DNA from: Glaucostegus cemiculus
Taxonomy: Eukaryota
NCBI GenBank assembly: GCA_976551045.1
Contig: CDPCPM010000241.1
Span: forward strand, 6,448,001-6,512,000
Length of the DNA stretch: 64,000 bases
Reading direction: 5' to 3'
Shown here: piece by piece, positions 11,790 to 23,695 of the stretch
How the letters are laid out: every line of letters begins with the position of its first letter
How positions within the stretch are numbered: position 1 is the stretch's first letter
Translations under genes and position numbers: made by a program
The notes under the pieces: model-generated
The model's input: the letters and a program-made list of their open reading frames with translations, nothing else
Database searches by the model: none
What the model was told of the DNA's origin: nothing

Positions 11790-12065
11790 TTCCCAGTCCA
11801 GGAGGGTCCAGAACTAAGTGTCACAGTCCCAAAATAAGGCCATTCAGGGCTAGATGAGAAGAAATAGTTTCACCCAGAGGGCAGTGAAATTTTGGAATTA
11901 TCTACCCAAGACGGCTGTGTAGGTTCAGTTCATTGAGTATATTTCAAGAGAGACTTCTTGACTATAAACAGATATAGAGTGAACACAGGAAGGTGGCACA
12001 AAGGAAAAGATGGTGAATGGTGGAGCAGGCAGGAGGGGCTAAATGGCCAACTCCTGCTTCTCATG
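11790..12065 (+). mobile_element. CR1 LINE 3' end
   Basis: ATGAGAAGAAAT..TTTCACCCAGAGGGCAGTGAA...GGAGCAGGC..GAGGGGCTAAATGGCCAACTCCTGCT tail. Confidence 0.75.
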
Positions 12066-12079
12066 AATCCATTTTCAGT

Positions 12080-12580
12080 CATAGAAATGAATAAACGTTG
12101 CATATAGGAGCAAGTGTAGGCCATCTGTTCCATTGTTTTAGCTTCATTATCTAATAAGTTCATGGCTGATCATGTACTTCCGCACCTGTTCCCTCCCCCA
12201 TTTCCCTTGATCCTTCTGCACTGAGGAATAGATCTACCTCCTTCCTGATTTATATTTTAATGTTTTGGTCTCCACTGTCTTCTGTAGTAGAGAATTCCAC
12301 AGGTTCACTGTACCCTTGGTGAAGAAATTTCTCCTGATCTTGGTTCCAAATAGCATATCTTATATCCTGAGGCAGAGATCACTGATACTGGATATACCAG
12401 ATATTGAGAAGATCCTTTCTGCATTTAGACTGTCTATCCTGTTAGAATTTTATGGCTTTCTGTGAGATAGCCTCATTCTTTCTTCTAAACTTCAGGAAAT
12501 ATAAGCCTAATTAACCCAATCTCCCTTTGTATTATCAGTCCTGGCATCCCAGGCTTCAGTCTGCTAAACATTTGCTAAGA
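12080..12580 (-). mobile_element. CR1 LINE 3' end
   Basis: ATAGGAGCAAGTGTAGGCCAT...AGAGAATTCCACAGGTTCACT..GTGAAGAAATTTCTCCT (reverse CR1 tail). Confidence 0.75.
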
Positions 12581-14278
12581 AATTTCCTGACACATTCAGT
12601 GAATGGCTACTTAAAAAGACAAATTCTGATGTGTTCTCTGTCCTCTCTCATCAACCCATCCCCAGAATGTAGTGGTCATTGACATCAAAACGTAGGCAAT
12701 CGTTATCTGCATTTTTGAAATTGCAGCCCACCGATTTCTTATAGAATAATGCCAATATATTGTGGGAATTATAGTCTGTTACTTATGCAGCATAATTCAA
12801 CTGCTTAGCTATTCTGGGAAGCTGTTTGCACTTGATTATTAGGCTTCTGACCATTATCCAGCAACCTCCACTGGTGATGCACATGTGTAGATGCTAACCA
12901 ATGACAGATTTAATTTTGGCTATTGCAAAGCTTTGACATTCAAAGCCAATAATTAATATTCATTCAAAATTACAGAAAAAAATCCCTGAATTGTTGGCTT
13001 CATTAATAAACTTACAGATATGTGAAAGTTCATCTAGCTATTCTGCAATTAATGGCAAAAAATAGTATATAATTAAAAAATTAACCTTTTTACCTGCTGA
13101 ACAATGTGAAATCTCTTTCTCACTCTCTCACTCTCTCCCGTCAGCTTCTTTCCTGAAATGTATTTACAAAGCTTGGAGTATGTCAATGCATTATTAAAAA
13201 CAATTGACAGGCAATTTTCCTACAAATTCTGTTTCAGACAGACCTTAATGTAATACACTGGGCTGGACCAAAAGCTTTACCTGATCAAAGAAAGAAAATG
13301 AGCATTTTACTTTCAAGTGGCAAATTGTAAATGTGGTGCTTTGGAACCATTTGTCACTGTTTCTCATGTTCAAATTACAATTTAGCTAAATGTAAAGTGT
13401 GTTCATTCACAGCAAGAATTCTGTCTGGAGTTTGATCAGTGAAGGTCTTCTCTTTCAATGTTTTTCCTATGATAATAAATAAATGCCAGGTATCTTATAA
13501 TGGGGAAAGGAGAAGACAAGCAAATTGTCATCCTTTCAGTGCTGAGCACTAGGATAGCAGTCAATCTCCTACAATCTTAAAGCATTTAAAAGAAAGAAGG
13601 GACAGTTATTGATTGTTGGACAGCTTTTGCGATATGAATTACTGTGTCACAGAAGTCACGTCAGTCATTTTCAAAGATGTCACAAGGCTTTTTATAGTTT
13701 TATCTTTCTAGTTTCTTCTGATTGAATTGCAGAATAGCTTTGGTGTCACACAATCACATTCTCAGGATTAAGGACTGGCAATATAAAAGGGTAGGAATAT
13801 TAAGAAGGCTACATATGAGTTTGGAAACAGGAATGGAAGGAGTAAGCAAAAGTAGAGAGAAATAGGGGAAAAGGAAAGGAGTGTGTTAATCTTAAAGATT
13901 GTGGAGGGGAGAGGAAAGAGAAGAGGTGATGATGCTTGGAAGAGATAGGAGGGACTGTTTAAAGTTGAAAGAAACTGTAGGAATCTCTTGGAATAGTGGC
14001 TGGATAACTCACCGATGCACTGTCCAGTCTCATTCACAAGCAACTTGTATGTGACCAAACAAATGAAAAAGTATATCCAACATCCATTATCTTGGTAACA
14101 GCCAGTGCCTTCAGCTGAGAAGAAAGTTGGAAGTAATAGATGACTGGTTAGTTTGTGTGTTCGTGACATGCAGCACAAAGAATTGTAGTATTACTACTTC
14201 TTCCAAAGATGTACCAAGGAACATATGCTTTATTTATTGCTCTCTGATATGCTGTGGAAACATCACAAAGTTGATATT

Positions 14279-14410
14279 CAGTCCTGATGCAGGGTGTCAT
14301 CCTGAAACTTTGGACATGCACCTATTGCTTCCACAGATGCTGCTTGACCTGTTGAGTTCTTTGAGTGCTTTTTGTTCCAGATTCCAGCATCAGCTTTTGT
14401 CTGCAAAGTT
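14279..14410 (+). mobile_element. Solo PLE terminal repeat (family B) with a decayed hammerhead motif
   Basis: CAGTC-CTGATGC-AGGGTGTCATCCT-GAAA-CTTT-GGAC then CCACAGATGCTGCTTGACCTGTTGAGTTC...CCAGATTCCAGCATC. Confidence 0.75.
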
Positions 14411-15840
14411 GATATTGTTTGGATAAATGATAGAGAGTGAAATGATTTCTTTTATGGGGTAATTCCAGTTACTTTGTACCAGCCCATGTGTTCAATTTGG
14501 TTAGCCATTAGAATAAATTATCAATAATTATAGGTTTGTTTAATTTATTGAAAATTCCTAACCAATCTATTGAAACTTGCAGTCTTTAGATAGTTGACGT
14601 ATTTATATCTGTAATCCAGTGAAGTGAAATAATATTTCCATGCCGACTCTTTATATTACAATTCTGATAATTGCAGTCATGACAATGTTTTAAAGCACAT
14701 TTTCCAATATGACTGTATTATTTTCCTCTGGTGAACATGATATCCTAAAATAACATCTTCCTACATTAATAATCAGCCAAGGGAATGAGCTAAAAATGCT
14801 TTCTGAATGGTGACCTAATTTTTGTCTCGATTTGCTACCAAATTATTGATGTTAACTTTGCAGTAGGTTAAGGAGCATCTTGGGTCTTCTCAGCAGTTGC
14901 AGTTTTATATGTTGTTGTACAAAAATTGTCAATAGGTAAATAAATATAGAACAGAAATCCTAATAAACCTTATTTTTCACATTTATTAGTATACAGTGAT
15001 TTATCCTGTTTGTAGAATTTGACAGTGTTGAGGATATTGGTGCCTACATTTGAAAGAGTATCTCCTTAATACCATTCATCTGTCTAATTCCTCAATGTGT
15101 TTAAATTCTACTTTCTCAAATATTTATCCACTCTTTTAAAATCTATTATAAATACTGCCTTCACTCTGTAGGTCATTTCATGTCATAACTCTCTTTTGAA
15201 TTCTGGACTGTCTCCTCTTCCTTTAATTTTCTTGCTGATGTCTATACATTTATGATTTTTTTTCTGGTAGTTGAAGGTTGTGGTGTAGATGTAGGGAAGG
15301 TGCCCAGAAGTCTGGTGTAGGTCCTGGTTAGCCTTGATTTTGTTTTGGGCACTAGAAATAAAATGTGGGCAAATAACCCTTAACTTCACATCAATGCAAA
15401 TTCTGCTTTTGGCCAAACAAAGTGATTTATTTTGAATATTTGGAAGCATGCAGGATGCCAAATGAGTATCATTCTTCATATGAGGTGTTGTCCAAGTCGC
15501 TTAGCAGTACTATGAAGTAAAATGGAGGGGCCCACATTTCAGATATTCCTGTTGAATCCCCTTCTACTACTCTTTTCAGGCAGTGCATTCCACATTTTAA
15601 CAAGTAATTTATTTATTCATAATATTGCATCTGATTCTTTTCCCCTGCACTTCATCTGCTTTCTGCTTCATAGAATTATTGAAGCTTACAGCACAGAAGC
15701 AGGCCATTAGGCTAATTGTGCTGTGATGACTCTTCGAAAGAGCATCTTGTTTATTATCATAACACCACCTGCCCAACCCAACTGCTCTGCACTTTTGTCA
15801 GTAACATTAAGTTCCTTAGTAAATGAAAATTTTAGAAAAT

Positions 15841-16086
15841 AAGCTGCAGATGCTGGAAATCAGAAATAAAAACTGAAAACTCTGGAGACGCTCAGCAGTT
15901 AAGGCAGCATTTGTGAAAAGAGAAACAGTTAATGTTTTCAGTCTGAGACCTCTCATCAGACCAAGAGTCTTTGACCTGAAATGGTAACTCTGTTTCTGCC
16001 TCCACAGATGCTGCCTGACCTGCTGAGTATTTCTAACGCTTTCTGTTTTAACTTCAGATTTCCAGCATCTGCAGTATTTGCTTTTC
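15841..16086. mobile_element. Fold-back element of two inverted PLE terminal repeats
   Basis: Left arm CTGCAGATGCTGGAAATC...; right arm ...GATTTCCAGCATCTGCAG; hammerhead remnant in the centre (minus strand CTGATGAGAGGTCTCAGACTGAAAAC). Confidence 0.8.
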
Positions 16087-17868
16087 ATTTGCCACCAATG
16101 AGTTGGCTCCTAAGATTTGGCAGACCTTTGTGGAGTTGGCTGTGTGTTCTTACACCACTGTGAAGCCAAACCAAAGATTTAAAAGAATGTAGAGGTGGCA
16201 TGTGGATTTTTTCATTAATGTGAGGACACAGAACAGGGCTACCCTGGATGAGTGTGCCAGATAGGCATTGGATTTTCACCTTTCACCAACTCATAATGAT
16301 TGGAAGTACACGTGAGGATACTGGATGAGGATGCATAGGGGAGCACAACGATGCCCCTTCCAGTGTCACTTTCAACACTCATTACCACTTCTAACACTTG
16401 AATTTGGGTGTCATACCTGTGGACTGATACCACACCAGAGATACCGTCTTTAAGTCAAAATAGAGAAAAACAGTAGTGAACTTTTGAGTGAAAGTTGAAT
16501 ATGTAGCTCAGTTGTGCAGGACTATATTCCTACTCACTGCTCTAAAGAGGACTTCAGTGGAAAGAGGGCCACTATACATCACCAAGCTGCCATTAGTCTT
16601 TCTAGCTGAACTGGATCCCTGATGAGGAGGATTTATTTATTTTCCTCCTTTTTGCTATAAAGCACTTTTTGAAGGTTAACATTAATATGTGTTAATTCTA
16701 CATCAATCATAAGTTCTTGAAATAGGAAGAATATATCCACTCTAAATGAGTGTTTTCATTTTGGATGTCGTCATTACCTCTTTTTAAAAGAAGTCAAACC
16801 ATTTTAACATATTATAATTAAATGTTAACAGCCTCTCATTTCTGTCTATCACTACTCCATAACTTTTTTGGAATATTTTGACTAGAGTACTGCTGTGATA
16901 ACATTGTTTGTGAACCAGGCTTGAAGCAGTCAGTTCTATTTCCTAACAAAACCAGTAATTCTTACAAATCAAATGAATCACTGTAAGATAAGTCATAGCA
17001 ATTTAGTATTTAGTTCAACTGTAGAAAATCCTAGTTAACTGATCAGATGATGTCATTAGTAATAATTATCCAAGTCCTAGATACCACAGGGTTTAACCCA
17101 ATTCTCAATGTAATTTTGCTGAGTAATTGGTATATCCCTGGAGAATTACTGTGTAAAATACTGATTATGCCATTTCATTGAAGCTTCTGTGAATTTCCTA
17201 CTGAGTTTATAGGCAAAGTTTAGGCAATTCAACAACAGGATGCTAACTATTATTTTAATTTCTTACATAACATTGGTGACATGAGCTCATTATTCAGGCT
17301 GAATATAATGCTCAATGAAGCAAGGAAGAAGTCTGGTCTCTAGCCAATTAGTCCAAGGATCCTACCCCTGATTGTCATACATTTCTACTTGTTAGATCTT
17401 TTGTGTATAATCAAATAAGGATGGGGCTAGGCATGTCTGGGATATTTCTCAGCCCATTTACCCCAATCTGCTTCTGAACCATTATTATATAATGTACCAA
17501 TGTCAACTGTGTAGGCACAGACATGAAGGTTAGTAATTTGGACAAAGTGCACCAAAGGACAGCTGTTACTTGTTGAAAAGTATGCCAGAATAACTCCCCC
17601 ACATTAGGTGGGAAAAGAAAATTAAAGAAAAACGAACCAGAAAAAAGGATGTATCCAATTATTAGAACAACTAACCACTAGCAAATGTTACTCTTTACAT
17701 AGGTATTGCCTTCACGGTGATTAATAGTGCTGAGCTTTATATTCTGTGGCTTTTTGTGAACAGATTTATTCATGTTCCTTCTTGAACTATGTGAAACTAA
17801 ATTCTGAAAGTTACCAAAATATACCAATGAGAAGAAGTAATTTTAGGTTATTATTGTTTAATTTTCAG

Positions 17869-17973
17869 TTAACATGGGCTGTGTCTGCTCTCAGAGAATG
17901 TGCAAAACTCCGTCCTAAAGATCCATGCGTACCACTCATGGCTGCCAAGGTCTGCATTGGATCTCTACAGTGG
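17869..17973 (+). CDS. TTC7A: TTC7A internal coding exon (105 nt, phase 0-0)
   Basis: ttttcag|TTA...TGG|gtaagt; [35 protein letters not shown]; [13 protein letters not shown] matches TTC7A rather than TTC7B (IPLLAAKLCMGSL) as I recall them. Confidence 0.95.
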
Positions 17974-18589
17974 GTAAGTGTATCCTTCGCCTAATTCTTT
18001 TATGGACTGCAGATCAGTAGCTAGAGACAGGAAACTAATGTGCATTACAGTGAAGGAATCATGTCTGGTATTTTTTATATGGTATTCTGCAATGTGTAAG
18101 TAGTGATTATCCTTGGAAAATGCTGTTTTCTTTTAAGAAAGTAAAGATGAAAAGAAAGTGAATAATCTAGTAAGCAATGCTCTGTGTAACCTTGTGCAAT
18201 CCTATTATAATAAATAATAATTCCACTTCTTACAGCACCAGAATTTATCCATATGTGATCATCAGTTTACTCAGTTCCAGTTCTTCCAATTTTCAGCTCC
18301 TCCTGATCTCAGTTGATGCTTTGCCTGCACTATATTCGACCTACAATCTATTCCAGATTATTTGGTTTCAAACCTGACCATCAACCTAATTTGCATATTC
18401 CTCCAATATTCATCTCATCCTGATCCTATGCTCTGGCCTACCAACCCCATGGTACTGTGGCTAGACTTTGACTTAAGGCCTTTTCTGTGCTGGATTCAGC
18501 CTTTATTCTGCCTGGGTTAGCTGGTTTCAACCACACCATGAGACTAATTTACATTCTTCTCCTTGCCACACATCAGTCCTCATTTTGAG

Positions 18590-18690
18590 TCTGAACCCTG
18601 CACAGTGTTTTGCCCCGAAATGTTGACTTGTACCTTTTGCCTCCACGGAAGCTGCTTGACCCGCTGAGTTCTTCCAGCATTCTGTGAAGT
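18590..18690 (+). mobile_element. PLE terminal repeat fragment (family B)
   Basis: CCCGAAATGTTGACTTGTACCTTTTGCCTCC..GCTGCTTGACCCGCTGAGTTCTTCCAGCA, near-identical to 29170-29240. Confidence 0.75.
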
Positions 18691-20914
18691 GAGTATGTAT
18701 TTTCCTATAGAAGATAGCATGATTAGGAGAATGAGCAGGGGTAAGAAGTAGTAAACAAGTTGCAAGAAGAGGGAGAAGGAACCTCCGCAGGAAGCCATAT
18801 CTGCCCAGGGTAGTTCTCCCATCTGAACTTCACAGAAGGATGATATGCAAAATGCCAAACAATTCAGTGAGGATGCCTTCACTGAAATTTTCCTCCTACT
18901 GTAACCACAACCATAACTGCAGCTTTAGAACAGGGCCAGTATACCACTGCCTGTGGTTGTCAAGGTGACTGTAGTGACACAATTATAAGCACCTATTCTT
19001 TGGAGCTGGAAATGGAGATATTTGCAACATCTCGCTTTTTCCATTCAGTGCTGTTATAAGGACTGTCTATTCATTGACCCCACTATTCTTCACTATCTCA
19101 TGACAGAGACCAGCAGGGGGAGATGATACCTAGTTTTGCAGGGATTGAATCTTCTCACTGTAGCGTGCACTGTAGCATCTTTATGCAGATGGCATGGTTA
19201 CTTGAGTGGTAGCACATCCTCCAACCTAAGCATTCACTCACAAGACATCCACTTGTGTTGATAAATATAGCAACAGTGTGTAATGTTTGCACGTACTGTG
19301 AATCTCATCCTCCATTTTGGTAACACTTCCCTCATCATACTTGGCTGAGAAAGTAAAGTACTCATTGACTCTGAGGGATGCCATGAGGATGTCTGTTGTT
19401 TTGAAATTGATTTTGTGTGCTTTTCTAGGGTCAAAGAAAAATTTCAGAGACCTTTTCCAAGGATATAAGAATCATGTTATTGGAAGTCATTCAACCCTGC
19501 ACCCATTCAGAAGACTGTCTGTGTCAGTGCAGTTAACACAATCTGATAGACAATGCATGCTGTGTAACACATTTGATGGTTCAAGCATTACAGATCAAGA
19601 GAAGTTTAAAGTATTGGCATTTTTATTGCACTGACATTCTTTAGGAGGAGGAATTGGGAAGGCATCAAGGCAGAAGAAGGAATGGAGATTATGTGAATAT
19701 TGGGGAAATAGGAAGATATTGAATTAATAAACTGAAATTCCAGATCTAGATCAAGTGTGCTTTTGTTTGGATTATACAATTTTTATGAAGTCTGTTCAAA
19801 ATTACATTGATTTTAATGATTTAATTTTTAAAAGTTTGTGAAAACTATCATAAATCTGACTTATTCATTTTGTTTATTTTTACCTCTTACTAATGCTGGC
19901 ATTTCTATGGTATCTAGCCAACAAACAGATTAGCTATAAGTACTAAAAGGAGAATTGAACCACATGCAGTTAAAAATTTGGCAAACTGTCTTTGTTCCCC
20001 TGCCTGCGGTGGAATGTGAGGGGCTCAGCTGAATGTGTAGTCAGCATTTCATCTATTTTAATCATGTAGAGTTCAGAGTCTAAAATGGGTGTATCAGCAG
20101 AGCTGCAGAGGTGGCAGTCAGTGTCAGGAAGGTTAATTATTACTGACAGGATCTGCATTGGCTTCTGCATGCACTAATGAAGTTTCTGTGGAATAATCAA
20201 GCAGCGGCTGCAATGCCGTACCTTCTCCTGGTACCTTCAAGGAGAAATACTACTTTCATATCCTTTGTCGGCACTTCCAAATGTGAAAGGTTGTTAAAAG
20301 CTTATGGTTGGTCAGGAAAGGTAGTGGGAGAAGTGGGTAATTACTATCTATGATTAATTATCCTTATTACAATGGGTAGCAGGGAGTGTAACACATTTTG
20401 TGAATATGTTTCAACTGTGGTTAGTTGTCTGAAAATATCATTCTTGGTAAATAACTTCAGAAAAATGTAGTTTTGGCATTTACTTCTGCCTCCTCTAACC
20501 CCACCCCTCATTTCATCTCTGCTTTGTGTTAATTTGGAACATTTAGGATCCAGAAGGACATTGATAATCAGTCCTCTCATTCCCAAAATTCAGGTGGAAA
20601 GTTAATCCTCAGTGGTCACTACCTATAAATGCTGCTGTTCTTCAGATAAGTTTGGGTGTGAGTGTGATGAGCATGCATGTGGGCATGCATTGTTGAGAAT
20701 TGGTTTCACGACTAACTTCACATAACAGTTCAACTATAAATGTCCACTTCAGTGGCGGTAATCCTTTAAGTTGCTCTGGGTGTCAAATTTAATATTTGAA
20801 GCATTTTAACTTTTTTCTTAAGTTTTAACTTTTTTCCTAAGGGTACCGAATCATGCTGAAGAATGGTTCCCTGGGCATCATCTTTCAGTTGAGATGAATG
20901 TAAGATGAACGTAG

Positions 20915-21165
20915 GAGAGGGAATGCCTTTTCTGACATTCAGTAAGATTAACTGATTCTTCCCATTGCTGATCTGATTGTAACCTCAATTCAGTATTCCC
21001 CCCTATCCCCAGTAACCTTTTACCACATTACTTATCAAGAAACTATCTATCTCTGTCTTAAGAACATTCAAAGACTCTGCATCCTTTGAGGAAGAGAGTT
21101 TCAAAGACACTCAATTCTCAGGGAGAATATTTTGCCTCTTTTTTGTCTTAAGTGGGCAACTCAGA
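20915..21165 (-). mobile_element. CR1 LINE 3' end
   Basis: GCTGATCTGATTGTAACCTCAA...CTTATCAAGAA..ATCTCTGTCTTAA; same family as 55835-56230. Confidence 0.7.
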
Positions 21166-21179
21166 GCCTACTTTCTCTT

Positions 21180-21410
21180 GTATGTAAAAGATCCCGTGGT
21201 ATTAATTCAAAGGTGAGCAGTGTCCTGGTTAATACTTATCCTCTAGTCAACAACATTTTTTTTCCAAAAATGTCCATTCTTTATCAGTTTGTTGCACAGG
21301 CAATTTGCTGCCATCTTTCCGACATTACGGGGACTAAGCTTCAAAAATAATGGATTGTAAATTTCTTTGGAGCCTGCAGTAAACAAAAGGTACTATACAT
21401 AAAGTCTTCA
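21180..21410 (+). mobile_element. Deu-domain SINE remnant (AmnSINE1/SacSINE1 superfamily)
   Basis: TGTAAAAGATCCCGTGG..ATT...GTGTCCTGGTTAATACTTATCCTCT..CAAC...AATTTGCTGCC..TTTCCGACATTAC...CTTCAAAA follows the Deu-domain consensus as I recall it. Confidence 0.65.
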
Positions 21411-22144
21411 CTTCACCTTTGGCCATAGCCATTGAAATTGTATGTGATGTCAATGAATTCAGTATTGACAAGGGTTTGAAACTGCAGTCTTCCTGACTTG
21501 GGCACATGTATTTATCCATAACTTAAAATGAAATTTTGATTGGGCCTAAATTCTCATCTTGGTTGTGCTATTGATTTCTGCACTGCAGTGCTGGAAGGAG
21601 TTAACTCTGCTTGCTGTGAAACATTCTATCTCTGTGACACTGGAGAGCAACTGTCTTAAAAATTAGCAGTGACACTTCACCTGATCTGGTGAATCAGTCA
21701 GGGGCAGTGAGTTTTTCACAGATCAATTTGTTTTCTTTGAGTTAAGTGAGCAAATTAAAAGTTTAAAGTGGGTCTTGGCTGACCACCTGAAGATTTTACC
21801 CTTGAGAAGCAATTACTAAATTCATAGCTGTGTTTTAAGGCCAAGAAGTAGCTAGAGGAGTTTCAGTTTACCACTGAAATCATGGCAATGGCCCTTCCAC
21901 TCTAATTCGTAGTATTAAGATAATATCCAGATCTGTTACTAAGACTTCCCAATAGACCTTTAACTGCTTTGATTTAAAAGATTAGAAGTTCAATTCATGC
22001 CTCAGTTGATAAAGAAAAAGGTTGGTTGAGGAATCAATTAATTATTGAAATGTATTAAAATGATGCTGCATGGGGTATCTGGACCTCATTAATTTTCCAC
22101 CTGGCAGTGCCTCAATGTTTTTTCATATGAAAATAATGTTGAGA

Positions 22145-23460
22145 TGAAATGAAAATAGAAAATGCTAGAAACACTCAGCAGGTCAGGCAGCATCTGTGGA
22201 GAGAGAAATAGCTAACGTTTCAGTTTGATGACCTTTCATTGCAATTAGGAACAATTGGAAATCAAATGTGTTTTAAGGTGCAGAGAAGTGGGATGGTTAG
22301 AGAAACCAAAGGGATTGCCTGTGATAGGGTGGAGAACATGAGGGACTGAATAACACAAGTAGTGATGGGGCGATGAAAGCTTGTTAATTGCAGCTGATCT
22401 GTCCAGAGGAGATGATAGTTGGAAGAATTCAATGAGGGAAAAACTGTGAGATGAACTATGAAGCACTGCAGATGCTTGAAGTAAAAGAGAATGCTGGAAT
22501 TGCTCAGCAGGTCAGGTTGCATCTATGCAGATGAAAAAAAAATGAAGTAACATTACAGTTCAGTGATATACATCTTAATTGACCAATTCTAATACAAACT
22601 AGAAAGGCTAGTTATCTGAAATTGTAGAATTTGATGTTGAATCTTGAGGACTGTAACATTCTTCGTTGGAAGATGAGATGCTGTTCTTTTGAGCTTATGT
22701 TGGACTTTGTTGGAACAATATAAGAGGCCAAAGACCACAAGGTCAGAGTGGAAATGGAATGGAGCGGAACTGCAGACTGAACACAGACATTCTGCTAAGC
22801 AGTTATTCATTCTGTGCTAATATTTCCAATGTGGATCACATTGTGAACACCAATGTAGATTAAATTGGAAGAATTGCAAGTGAATCACTGTATCACCTGG
22901 AAGGAGTGTTTGGCTTTTTGGATAGTAGGAATCCAAGAGATAAAAGGGAATGTGTTGTATCTCTTGTGGTTTCATGGCAAGGTGACGTGAGTAGGGGGAG
23001 TCATTGGTGGAGATGGATGAATCAATCACAGTGCTGTGGAGGGAATGAGCCTTTTGAAACATTGATAAGGGTGGTGAAGGGAAGATGTGCCTGGTGGTGG
23101 TATCTCATTGAATTGAAGGGATTGGAAACTATAGAGGATGACCTGCTGATTGTGAAATCTGAAAGAAGGTGAGGACAATGAGAACACTTACTAGATTCTG
23201 GTTGATCATAGAGGAGGTGGGAGCAGAGTTGTGGGAAACGTAACAGTTGTGGTTGGGAGCTCTGTCACCAAGGTAGAGTTCAGAATTTAGGAGAAAGAAA
23301 GACATCTGGGAACCACTGGTGTACACAGTGTTACCACAAGTACAGATGCAACAGAACCTGAAAAATTAGGAGAAAGGAATGAAGTCCTTACAGAAAGTAA
23401 GGTGGGAGGAGATGTAGTCAAAATAGCTGTGGGAGTCTGTGAGCATTGTGGTTTATGGGA
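22145..23460 (-). mobile_element. Penelope-like element, family A, with decayed GIY-YIG endonuclease
   Basis: Minus strand KHSFQVIQ*FTCNSSNLIYIG..SQC..HIGN...NCLAECLCSVC matches the PLE FTC....IY...C..C...YIG.T..L..RF.EH motif; two tandem terminal repeats at about 22145-22250 and 22465-22580. Confidence 0.8.
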
Positions 23461-23532
23461 TAGTGTTGAGGTGAAGGGTGTGGATACAACATAGTCACTA
23501 AATAGATTTTAAAACACATCTGTATAGTTTCC

Positions 23533-23695
23533 AAGACGCAAGAGAAACTGCAGATGCTGGAAATCTGAAGCAACACACATAAAATGCTGAACCAGTCCTG
23601 ATGAAGGGTCTCGGCCCGAAACGTTGACTGTTCATTTCCCTCCATAGATGCTGCCTGATCTGCTGCGTTCCTCCAGCACTTTTTGTGCGTTGTAT
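23533..23695. mobile_element. Short fold-back PLE derivative carrying a core-intact hammerhead
   Basis: Inverted arms (CAACACACATAAAATGCTG and CAGCACTTTTTGTGCGTTG) around the hammerhead motif. Confidence 0.85.
23593..23630 (+). ncRNA. Minimal type I hammerhead ribozyme motif (PLE-associated)
   Basis: CAGUC / CUGAUGA / A / GGGU-CUCG-GCCC / GAAA / C-GUU / GACUG: complete core, stems I and II paired, loopless palindromic stem III (AACGUU); predicted cleavage after 23625. Confidence 0.8.

Noticed and set aside
18861-18890. Short hairpin TTCAGTGAGG-ATG-CCTTCACTGAA
   Set aside because: Too short for a pre-miRNA and compatible with chance
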